Program-made: the position numbers and the translations under genes
Part shown: one piece after another, positions 39,613 to 51,500 of the stretch
Layout: each line of letters starts with the position of its first letter
Position numbering within the stretch: position 1 is the stretch's first letter
Origin: Camelus ferus
Taxonomy: Eukaryota
NCBI RefSeq assembly: GCF_009834535.1
Contig: NC_045696.1
Span: 70,186,001-70,250,000, forward strand
Length of the DNA: 64,000 nucleotides
Reading direction: 5' to 3'
Notes under the pieces: model-generated
What the model was told of the DNA's origin: nothing
Databases searched by the model: none
What the model saw: the letters and a program-made list of their open reading frames with translations, nothing else

Positions 39613-39639
39613 AAGAAATAAACATTTAAGAAGTTAGTA

Positions 39640-40300
39640 GGGCAGCTATGATGGAAACGGCTTGGAGAGAGGAGAGATTAGAACCAAAGAGGCCAGGTGG
39701 AAAACTGTGGCAGTAATCCTGGCATGAGGTGATGAAAGCCTGCATTAGGGTAAAAGTCATGAAAATACAATGGAAAGAACTAACACAGACAGAAGACACA
39801 TTTCAAATGGAAAAAAAATCAACAAAATATTTGCAATAGTGGAGAGAGAAAAGAATAGTGATACCAGTGACAAAGGATGAAAATAGAGAAGGAAGCTGGT
39901 TTGAAGGGGAATGAGATTCAATTCATTCACTCAAACAATATTTGTTGGTACCTACTATGCTAGGCACTTTGCAAAGCACTGGGGTTGTGAGAGTGACCCT
40001 AAAACATTTTAGTTCAATTGTCCAAAGGCATCTGGATATTACAGGATGAGAGTTCAGGTGAGAGGACAGAACTGAGATGGCTGAGAAAGACGATACAGAG
40101 TGAGGAAGGAGAGGCCAGAACTGAGCTGTGGACCAGAAACACAATTAGGGGGAAGAGAGGAGCAGCAAAGAAGAGAAGGAATTAGTTTTGGGAAAAAAAA
40201 AAAAAAGCAGGGTAGGGTCATTTCCTGGAAACCAAGATAAAAGATCAAAGAAGTAGAGTTTCATCAAATGCACTGTCCAAGAAATGAGGGTATGTAAAAG
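39640..40300 (-). mobile_element. L2 fragments
   Basis: cagtaatcctggcatgaggtgatg, attcattcactcaaacaatatttg, gagttcaggtgagagg. Confidence 0.6.
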
Positions 40301-41730
40301 ACCACAAGACAGCTGGTTAAAAAGAGAGATGACTGATGGCAAAGGATGTCATTCAAGAGACCTTTTTCACTTTCAATCAAGCCTAAATGGAACCCAGATT
40401 ACAGAAATCAAAATTTTCTTACAAGAAAGCACTTCTGAGTCAAAGGCATTTGGGAAATGGTATTCCATTTATTATCATGCTCTCAAACTGGGTATATGGA
40501 TTTTTATGTAGCATCAGCTTTATTTGGAGGAAAATATACTGAAAGAGAGAGAAAAATACAAAATTTGCATGATTTCAAGCAAATCCTAAGATTTCAAGCA
40601 TAGGGCGCTACCTTCTTACCTCAAGGGCTACAAATTCACTCTCCAGTTCCATAAAGGGGTACTTGGGTAGAAATTTGAGAAGCACTGATATAATGGTCAG
40701 CTCTGCTTAAATGTGGGCTTTTAATTAAAACTTAAGATAACTATATTTTAAAAAATAACTTTATGAGCTATGGCCTCGCATGGCAAATTACAATAAACAT
40801 TTCACATTCAAAGAAGAAAAATAATGAACAAAATTTTGGATTTACAACATTTGCCACTTTGTTATTTCTATTTATGTAACCATACATTATTTATCCTTTA
40901 TTTTATGCATATTTTACATCTATTCAGTGTTTAATAAATATCTTTTATAAAAGCCTTACTTTGTCCAAAGGTAGACAGCAAATGCATCTGTGATCTCTGC
41001 AACAGTGTGAGGTACATGGAACAGAAGGGACAGAAAGCACCAAGCTGTACAGAATGCTGCAGGGCAGACACTGAACCTTTCACAAAGGCTGTACAAACTC
41101 ATACACACCTGCAACAGGGAAAGATTTTTAAGCTACTCAATAATTAAAGTTAAAAGTAAATTCAATATGCTATTATTTTATGAGGCACCATGTATGTTAA
41201 CATTAAATAAAACACAGATTTAAAGAATCAGGACTAAATAAACTGCCAGCCTATGGATGAATAACTCTTCTAGCTATTTTCTGAACAGTCAACATTTCAT
41301 TGTGTATTTAGACCACACAAAAGACATTTACAGAATGACAATACTTTGATTCATCATGTATATCCAGCCATGTTTGCTTAGTCAAATGCCTGTCTGTTTG
41401 TCGATGTCATTTAAGGGCAGGTTTATAAAGCTTCAAGAACAAGAACTAGATCTGATTCCACTGATATAACTACCAAGGGAAACACAATGAAAAGAGTTTC
41501 AGAATTCCTGCCTCTACTCTGTCTGTGTTGTAAGGGCTGGAGAGTGCAAAGCCGTTTTTCTAAGCACTGAATATTTTGCCAATCCAGAAGAGCTATAATA
41601 CACCACAGAGATATAAACTTAATTTCCAAATTAATTAAATTTATTATTTTTGATATGAAATATAAAAGAAACCCAGTATGCATTTTTCCTTTAACATTAA
41701 AAAAAAAAAGAGCCACTTAAAACCAGATGC

Positions 41731-41880
41731 AGAGGGAGGGTATAGTTCAAGTGGCAGAGTGCATGCCTAGCATGCACAAGGTCCTGGGTTCAATCCCACA
41801 GTACTTTCTCTAAAAATAAATAAATAAATAAACCTAATTACCTCCTCCCCTGACCAAAAAAACAAAACAAAACAAAAAAA
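41731..41880 (+). mobile_element. tRNA-Ala-derived SINE (Vic-1-like)
   Basis: gggagggtatagttcaagtggcagagtgcatgcctagcatgcacaaggtcctgggttcaatcc, then aaacctaattacctcc and an A tail. Confidence 0.92.
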
Positions 41881-43055
41881 CACTAGATAGGTTAATGTCT
41901 ACACAAAGGCAATTTTTTTCCTTTTCTTCCTTTAAAGTTTGAATAGGTGAGTGACCCTGCTGGAATTCCCCTGTCAGCTCTGGAGTTTCAAACAGAAACT
42001 ACTGTCACATGATACATTAGAATGGCATGCCAAGTAGTATCTGTCTCTGCACCTTGAACGCGGATGTTATAGCACAGCTGAATCAATAAACTTTACATAA
42101 AATGAAAGTTTTTTTTCCCTTAGGACATTTAAGATCACATTTAATTATATTTGACAGTATATATTTATAGGGTCAATTATACACAGAAGTATTTACCCGG
42201 TTCAAGAAATTCAGTCTTGATACAGCTTCCAGCTATCAAAGACAGACCAATTTTTAAGTATGTCAAACACTGAATATATCATGCTGAAGTCACAATCTGA
42301 GTCCATATTTAATTCCTGTTACATTAGAATAACTACCTAAAAATCTACATAATAATGAAAGCATTTACCTTATCTGCTTTATTTCAGATTTTCTAAAATA
42401 CCTACTTTCACCCAGAGGAAGTTATTCCCGATTTACTGTGAAAGGGCTTATAGCAAACCTGCCCTTTCCTTTGTAAGGCAGTCCAGAAACTAACCCTAAA
42501 CCACTGAAAACTAGTACAGAGTCATAAGTAACATTCGGGATGATTTAGAACAGAAACACAGTATTTCCCCACCTAGGCCATAACTCCAGTTTCACCCTTG
42601 GCAATTCTCTCCCTCCGTTTTCAGAAGGTGAAAGTACAATAAGTTTGCTCTGGAATTTTAGCTCAGTTATCTAGCTTGCTCTCAAAAGCTGTTCACAGGA
42701 CAGAAAAAAAAGTTAAACATTTCATAATCTGAGTTTCGATAGAATATATTAGTGTTTCAGAAGTTGAGATGAACTGGTACACAAGACTGAATGAGGAAAG
42801 AGAATCAGGGAAAGTGCAGCAAAGGGAACACTGCTCTCTAATATTTTTCCTAGACTCTCCATACTGTTTTATAATAGTGGCTGGAATCTTTTCAATATTA
42901 TATAAAGAATATAAAATATTCTTTAAATAAAAATTTTAAACCATTACCATGACATCACAATAATTACAGCTCACAATGTTTCCTGTCCCTACTCCCTTCA
43001 ATTTAGGAAGGCACAGGGATAATAATTCCACATAAAATTGCAACCCTGATTTTTC

Positions 43056-43218
43056 CCCTGTACTTTCTTTTTGTTTGTTTGGTTTGGTTTGGTTTTGAGG
43101 GGGGAGTCATTAGGTTCATTTATTTCATTTTATTTTTTTAATGGAGGTACTGGGGATTGAACCCAGTACTTCATGCATGCTAAGCATGCGCCCTACCATT
43201 GAGCTATACCCTCCCCAT
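43056..43218 (-). mobile_element. tRNA-Ala-derived SINE (Vic-1-like)
   Basis: Reverse-complement head at 43143-43216; TSD aaccctgatttttc (43042-43055 / 43219-43232). Confidence 0.92.
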
Positions 43219-44213
43219 AACCCTGATTTTTCAAATAAAGCTGGAATAAAATGTAATTACTGGGGGCAAGGAGGAAGGAAAACTTAGATAATCAGATTGC
43301 CTTCTCTCAAAGACTTCTCTCTTCTATCTCCACCTCCCAACTGTTAACAAAAAGAAAAAAAAAAGAATTTTGATAGTATTATTTGGACATATTAAGATAT
43401 TTAGCATAACCAATTCACAATTATTTCCTATGCTTTACTTCGCAAAATGCTTTCTTTAAAACCTATGGCATATAGAGAGATGTCTTAAAGGATATTGGCA
43501 TCTTGGGGAAGGGAAGAGAGTTCAAAAACATCTTTTGTACTTTTTTATATATTTTGACTTAAATATATTTATAACTTCCAACCCCTATAAAATTATTTCC
43601 ATTTTGGAAAATAAAAGCCACTCAGTGCAAAGATTTTTATGTGATGCTATCAAACAGTAAACTCTTAAATGCAAAAACAAGAAGTATTCTGGCTTCTAAG
43701 ATACAATTTCATATTCACAAGTAAGGAAAAAATATATCCCATGCCTTTTTTATTCAGGGCTTTCTCTTATTGACTTTTTATATCCTGATGAATTCCACAC
43801 TGATATCTTCTGCTCAGACCTCTCTCTTTCTCTTTTCTATGGTTAGTTTTGAAATCTCATAACCAAAAATATAAGAAAAGCTCATATGTATGGAGCCAGA
43901 CATTGTTCCGAACACTTAATTTATACAATCCTCACAACAACCTCATGAGATACTTCCAGTTTAAAAATATGCTGTTATCCCCACTTTATAGAGTAGAACC
44001 TAGAAGTAGAGGTAGTTAATATTCCATGTGCAATAAGGCACGATAGCAAAATTTGTTTTGTTATGACTAAATAATTTGCTTATTTTTTTTTCTTTTTCTT
44101 TTGGATTTCTTTCCGAGGCATTTCCAAAGGAGTGACACTTGGAGGAAAGGGATGCGTGATTTTGCTGTTTTCATAGTATATCTCCATATTCTTTTTCTGA
44201 GATTTTTCTAATG

Positions 44214-44337
44214 CAGTGATTCTCAACTTATGGTCTCTGGACCAACAGCATCAGCATTACTTGGGAACTTGTTAGAAATGTAAATGCTCAGGTCCCATTA
44301 GAAACTCTAGGGTAGGGCCTGGCAATCTGTGTTTTTG

Positions 44338-44388
<51 letters not shown>

Positions 44389-44452
44389 TGCTTTTTGTTA
44401 AATTACTCCTCTAGGATGATTCTGATGCGTGTTAAAGTTTGAGAACCATTGT
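44214..44452. mobile_element. MER5A-like hAT MITE containing a (CA)n repeat
   Basis: cagtgattctcaa...cagcatcagcattacttgggaacttgttagaaatg...aaagtttgagaaccattg. Confidence 0.8.
44340..44379. repeat. (CA)n microsatellite, ~20 units
   Basis: Perfect CA run read directly from the sequence. Confidence 0.97.
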
Positions 44453-45203
44453 ATTAATGTGTAATATATACATCAGTTATGAAACAGATTCCATTTGGTC
44501 ATACATTTCATATATCCAGGTATGACTACATATTTTTACTAATTGCATTACATCTCTTGGAAGGGAGGCACTTATTTGCATTCATTCCACAAACATTTAC
44601 GAAGCACCTACTATGTGTTTAGAATGAGTGCCTGAAGAACTAGTCTAGTGAGACAGGCAGAAATGTAATAATTACAATGCCACATGCTAATACAGTGACA
44701 GAGATACACAGGAAGCTGAGGAGGGGCAAACTGCAGTAGGTTAAGGCCTGTGTCTTGATCTCTTAGGTACTGCTGCACTCCACTGCACCCTTCTGAGAAA
44801 CATTATTTTGTGTGAACAGATCCTGCTGCCCTAGCCCAGGGACCCAAGCCCCAAACAGGGGCCTTATCATAGCAGCACTCCCTATCCTACAGGGATTAAC
44901 AGGCTCAGGAAGATCATTCCTTCTTGGTGAGATCCACAGGCAGTGACAGACAAGTAGAGAATGTAGTCAGTTGTCTCTGGAGCTGCCTATGAGTCCAAAG
45001 AGTTTTCGAATTTTAATCCACAAGTAACTTTACAATAATTCACTCTTTTCCCACCACTCTCTCATGTTTTTCATAATGCTATCAAGGTATTTTCCAAAAT
45101 ACAAAAAGTTTTAAACACCCTCTGTACCCTTCCAAGTTCACATACTCTCTCTAATACTTTATTCACTATTCTGAATATAGTGTTTATCATGCCCCCAAAA
45201 GTA

Positions 45204-46243
45204 CAGTGGATCCTTGAACAACACAGGTTTGAATTGCATGGGTCCACTCACATGTAGATATTTTTCAATAAATACACTGGAAAAAATTTTGGAGATTTGT
45301 GACAATTTGAGAAAACTCACAGAGGAACCATGAGGCCTAGAAATACCAAAAAATTTAAGAAAAAGTTAGGTATGTCACGAATGCATAGATGCTCCCTGGT
45401 GGTCTAGTGGTTAGGATTCAGTGCTCTCATGAATGCATAAAAATATATGTAGATACTAGTCTATCCTAAAATAGGCATAAAGTGAGTGATATTTAATATA
45501 CAAATAATATGTTCATTTTCTTATTGTTTTATAACTTTGCTTTCAAAGAATTATATTACCATGAGGTATGCTTCTCTCATAAATGGAGAAAGAGCCTGTC
45601 ATCACAGGTAAGTGGTTTTAAAAAAAAAAAAATGCTTCTAATACTGTATTATGAATATAACTAATATTCTATGCCAAAAAATTTTATAATGATTCACTCA
45701 TTAGTGAATAGGCTAGGCTACCATGAAGCAACTGTACTGATAATACTAGGCTTTATGGTAATAAAGCACTCGAACAGCTGCTTCTTCATCATCAATACAT
45801 GAGTTGTTCTACCTGTAAATAAATAAGAATTTTTTTCACATTATCTTTTCATTTTTGATATCCAGTGTTAGTACAATGGATAACATCTACCATGTTTTGT
45901 ATCATATAAGACAATACTGATGTGGGTACTGACAGATTCACCTTATAAACAGATGACATAAACATACAGTAACTGATAAATCCAGTATAGTACTATAACT
46001 ATATTTTCTCTTATGATTTTCTTAATAACATTTTTCTTTAGCTTACCTTATTATAAGAATACAGTATATAATCCATATAACATACACAATATGTGTTAAT
46101 TGACTGTTTTGGCTATTGGTAGGGTTTTCAGTCAAGAGTAGGCTATTGGTACTTAAGTTCTGGGGAAGTCAAAAGTTTTATGTGGATTTTTGACTGTGTG
46201 GGGGTTGATGTCCCTAGCCCCCATGTTGTTCAAAGGTCAGCTG
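45204..46243 (+). mobile_element. Tigger2-family non-autonomous DNA transposon
   Basis: TA-flanked TIRs cagtggatccttgaacaaca / tgttgttcaaaggtcagctg; internal Tigger2 5' sequence (ttggagatttgtgacaatttg). Confidence 0.85.
45393..45429 (+). pseudogene. tRNA-Glu(CTC) 5'-half tailless retropseudogene
   Basis: TCCCTGGTGGTCTAGTGGTTAGGATTCAGTGCTCTCA matches the first 37 nt of tRNA-Glu-CTC except two CpG-decay changes. TSD tca(c/t)gaatgcata at 45375-45387 / 45427-45439. Confidence 0.88.
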
Positions 46244-47159
46244 TACTATTTTTCATTTTTATGAAAATGTATAAGATACTTTTGAAACTTATTTTGTTCA
46301 ACATTGTATTTTGAGATTGATCTACATTGATACAAGAAGCCCTACACTGCACTGATGAATTTTATTACAATGAATGAACAGTCCAGCAAAATTTATTCAC
46401 TCATTTTCCCCTATTAGAACTTTAGGCTATTTACTTTTTTTTCCTTTTAAAACAGCAATGCAATGAACATTTTAACAGATTAATTCAGCAAATATATGAA
46501 GAACACCACATTTAAAAAAAAAGTATCTGAATCTCTCTCTTCTCCAAGCTTCCCCTCTTTCTCATACTCTCAGTTTCAACCAAAAAGTACAGAAATTCTT
46601 TCAAAATAGCTGAATAAGAAGGAAAGGAGAGTCCAGATAATAAAGAGAATCTTAATGGGCTTGAAGACCTCCCTGGGCTACCAAGAAAATAAGTAAAGAT
46701 GTCTCTGGGGCTGAGAGCAGACACATGGGATTGAAAGACTAATTTTCTCAAATAAGGAAGGAAACAAAGGGTGCTACTACTTGAAGTAGTAACATCCCTT
46801 GGACACTCATTCTAAAATAGGAGTAAATCCCAAAGTACTAGTCAGATCAAGGTTCTACTGGTTTGAGCTCTTCAGAGACAAATTTTGAGACACAAAACAG
46901 GTCAATTCAAAGTGCCTTCTGACTCAACTCCTAGGAAGTCCTTAAGCTTTACCAGGACAGCCTGGCTTTCTTCTGGAAGGTGGAGTATAGCCATCACTCA
47001 CTACCATGAAAGTCATAAGCAGAAAGCAGCAAGAACAGAAAAGCATTAAGGAACACAGAAATGAATGAGAAACAGCAATGATGGCACAGTGGCAGGTGCT
47101 GACTGCCTCTGTCTATCAACAGGAATAACTAGGCGCTGGAGAAGTTATGCCATATTATT

Positions 47160-48310
47160 TTCGTTAATTTTTTTCCCTTTCACAACACTTTTTTTCCTTT
47201 CATGCTTTAGTTTGAATAATTTCTATTGACCAACCTTCAAGTTCACTTATTCCTTCCTCAGCTCTGCCCAGTCTCTTGATAAGCCTGTCAAAGGAGTTCT
47301 TCATCTTAGACATATTATTTTAGTATGCCCATTTGACTTTCTATAGTTTACATTTCTCTAAAAGTCCTCATTTGTTCATGCATATAACTCACCTTTCCAC
47401 TAGATTCTTTAACATATTAATCATAATTGAAGTCCCAGTCTGATAGATAGCTTCAACATGAGTCATCTCTAGGTCTGGATCTGTTGATTATCCCTTGAAA
47501 ATGGTTTTTTTCACGTATTTTATAATTTTGAATTGAATGCCAGACATGGTCTGTAGAATAATCATACAAATGAAGAAATGAATAGTTATTCTTGGAAAGC
47601 AGCTTGCCTGTTCTTCTGTCCTGCAACCTGGCAAACTGAAATTCCAAAGAAAAACAATCTAGTCAGTAGCTAAGCTGGGTTTGTAGTTATACTGTTGCTA
47701 TGACTACCTTCCGTGCTCCTTCCTCCCTGAGTGGGCAGCTGCTACCTTGTGCTTAGTGTGGAGTCTAGGGTATTCAAGGGGTTTTACTCAGTGTTCCTGC
47801 TCCACTCTCAGCTTTCGGTAGTCACTGCATGCCTGTGCCATAGAGGGGGTTCTTTCTCTGCATCCCTGCCCCTCCCTAAATGGTGGGCTGTTGTTGTTTA
47901 TTCCTTAGTGTTAAGCATCTTCATTCTCTTGATCCAGCCTCAGTCTTAGGCAAGCCCTAAGACCTTGGGTAAGGGGCCTTCTGCACCGTCACCCCAATCC
48001 TGTGGCAGTGAAACTCTACCTCGTATCTGTAGGGGAACCCTCCAACACCCAGATCCCACACTAAACACAAGATAGCAGCAGCCACCAGTGGAGAGTTTCC
48101 TGTACCTCCTCAGGGAAGAAATCTTCTACTTCTACCCTACTCTCAGAAGCAGTGAATCTTTGCCTCTGAAAAATGGAAGGGTTCCCTGTCCCTCCCCCAG
48201 TGACTTAAAATTTTTGCTTCATATGAGAGAATGGTTAGTGAAGTGTGCAGTATTTTATAACTGTGTGTCCTAAAGGATGGCTTTATCCAATCTACTGTCT
48301 GTCCCCAATC
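47160..48310 (-). mobile_element. Ancient L1 5'UTR/ORF1 region, antisense
   Basis: aatttctattgaccaaccttcaagttcacttattccttcctcagc, ttctttaacatattaatcata, ggtctggatctgttgatt are typical of antisense old L1M 5' regions. Confidence 0.6.
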
Positions 48311-48532
48311 TTCCATGAGCACCACTGCAGGATGTTGTAGGTGCAACTGTGTCTCTCTAAAAGATAAGTTGAGGTCCTAACCCTTGGTATCTGTGAATGT
48401 GACTTTATTTAGAAATAGATTCTTTTCAGATGTAATCAAATCAAGATGAGGTCATACTCGAATAGGGTGATCTCTAATCCAATATGACTGGAGTCCTTAT
48501 AAGAAAAAGTGTGGAGATATCATTCCTCCACA

Positions 48533-51500
48533 GAGAGTCAGCAAGATGGCAGAATAAGAAGCCCCAAGCAAATGGTGTTGGGAAAACTGGACAGCAGTAT
48601 GTAAAGCAGTGAAGCTAGAACACTCCCTTACACCATACACAAGAATAAACTCAAAATGGATCAAAGATTTAAACATAAGACAAGATACAATAAACCTCCT
48701 AGAAGAAAATATAGGCAAAACATTATCTGACATACATCTCAAAAATGTTCTCCTAGGGCAGTCTACACAAGCAATAGAAATAAAAGGAAGAATAAACAAA
48801 TGGGGCCTAATTAAACTTACAAGCTTCTGCACAGCAAAGGAAACTGTAAGTAAAACAAAAAGACAACCTACAGAATGGGAGAAAATTTTTGCAAATGAAA
48901 CTGACAAAGGCTTGATATCCAGAATATATAAGCAGCTCATATGACTTAACAAGAAAGAAACAAACAACCCAATCCAAAAACGGGCAGAGACCTCAACAAG
49001 CAATTCTCCAAGGAAGAAATACAAATGATCAATAGGCACATGAAAAAATGCTCAATATCACTAATTATTAGAGAAATGCAAATCAAAACTACAATGAGGT
49101 ATCACCTCACACTAGTCAATGGCCATCATTCAAAAGTCCACAAATGACAAATGCTAGAGAGGCTGTGGAGAAAATGGAACCCTCCTACACTGCTGGTGGG
49201 AATGCAGTTTGGTGCAGCCACTGTGGAAAACAGTATGGAGATTCCTCAAAAGACTAGGAATAGACTTACCATATGACCCAGGAATCCTGCTTCTGGGCAT
49301 ATATCCAGAAGGAACACTACTTCAAAATGACACCTGCACCCCAATGTTCATAGCAGCACTATTTACAATAGACATGGAAACAGCCTAAATGTTCATCAAC
49401 AGATGACTGGATAAAGTGGTATATTTATACAATGAAATACTATGCAGCCATAAAAACTGACAACATAATGCCATTTGCAGCAACATGGATGTCCCTGGAG
49501 AATGTCATTCTAAGTGAAGTAAGCCAGAAAGAGAAAGAAAAATACCATATGAGATCGCCCATATGTGGAATATAAAAACAAACAAACAAACAAAGCATAA
49601 ATACAAAATAGAAACAGACTCATAGACATAGAATACAAACTTGTGGTTGCCAAGGGGGTGGGGGGGGTGGGAAGGGATAGACTGGGATTTCAGAATGTAG
49701 AATAGATAAACAGGATTATACTGTATAGCACAGGGAAATATATACAAGATCTTATGGTAGCTCACAGAGAAAAAAATGTGACAATGTATATATATATATG
49801 TTCATATATAGCTGAAAAATTGTGCTCTACACTGGAATTTGACACAACATTGTAAAATTATTATAAATTAACAAAAAATGTTAAAAAAAAAAAAATAGGA
49901 AGCCCCAGATCTAGTGGCCCTCCAGAGACACAGACTTAACAACCATATATGGTATAAAAAGCCTTTATACAACCCCCAGAACCAATTAAGAAGTCAGTAC
50001 TCCAGGCATGCTTAAAGCCAAGAACAGTCACATTGAAATGGGTAAGTAAGCCATTTCACTTCACCTATGAAAGCCCTCCAACCTATCTGGCAAAGTTTGG
50101 TGCGATCAGGATTAAAAGCCTAACTCACAGCTTCTCCATCAGGTGGGAAAGAGAAGAGTAGAATGTATGTTAAACATTCCAGCTTTTTGAGTGACTGCCT
50201 GAGGAACCGGTTTCTGTCTCACCTGACTTGGAGTGCTGAGGAAATGGGCAGACTTTGGATGCCACTGAGAACTGAGAACAGGGCAGAGCACAGAGGCTAA
50301 CTGTAGCACCAGAAAATCTGCAATTCCATAGGCCAACACCAGAGGGAGCAAAAAGATTACAAACTCCTGAAAAAGAAACTGGTGAACCTCTTCAATTGGG
50401 AGGGGACATACACACAAGTCCAGAGAAGATGTATCTTCATATAAGGTTTGAGAGGCTCCCAAAATCTTTACTAGGGCTGATTGGTGAAGCCAGTCTGTAG
50501 AACTTGGAAATGTAGTGGTTTTTTCAAATGTGCAAATCCCAGCAAAAAAATAACAAGACATATGAAGAAAAAGGGAAACATGGCTCAATCAAGGGAACAA
50601 AATAAACGCTCAGAAACTGACCCTAAAGAGATGGAAATTCATGAATTAACTGGAGAAGAATGAAGACAATTATCTTAAAGGTGCTCAGTGTGCTACAAAA
50701 GAACACAGATAGATAATTAAAGAAAATCAGGAAAATGATGCATAAACAAAATGATACTATCACCAAAGAAAGTATAAAAAAGAACCAAACAACTTCTGGA
50801 GCTGAAGAATACAAATGGGAAAATTCACAAATATGTGGAAATTAAACAACACACTCATGAACAACCAATGCATCAAAGAAATCACATGGGGAATTAGAAA
50901 ATATCTTGAGACAAATGAAAATGAGAATGAAAACACAACATACCAAAAGTTATGGGATGCAGCACAAGCAGTACTAAGAGGGGAGTTTGCAGCAGTAAAT
51001 GCCTATGTGAAAAAAGAAGGGAGATCTCAAATCAACAATCTAATTTTATATCTCAAGGAACTAGAAAAAAAGAACAAACTACACCCAATTAGCAGAAGGA
51101 AGGAAATAATAAAGATTAGTGCAGTGATAAACAAAATGGAGAATAGAAAAAAGTCAGTGAAACAGCTGATTTCTTGAAAAGATCAACAAAATTGACACCT
51201 CTTAGCTAGATTAAGGAAAAAAAGAGACTCTAATAACAAAAATATGAAATGAAAGAAGACATTATAACTGATATCACAAAAACAGAAAGAATTGGAAGAA
51301 TCTACTATGAACAATTATACATCAATAAATTGGATAACCTAGAAGAAATAGATATTTTTCTAGGAACATACAACCTACCAAAACTGAAGCATGAAGAAAT
51401 AGAAAATCTAAACAGACCTACAACTAGTAAAAATATTGAATCACGAATCATAAACTCTCTGACAGAGAAAAGCCCAGGACCAGATGACTTCCCTGGAGAA

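Noticed and set aside
41731..41810. SINE heads as functional tRNA-Ala genes
   Set aside because: Diverged stems, SINE bodies/A tails and TSDs show they are retroposed SINEs.
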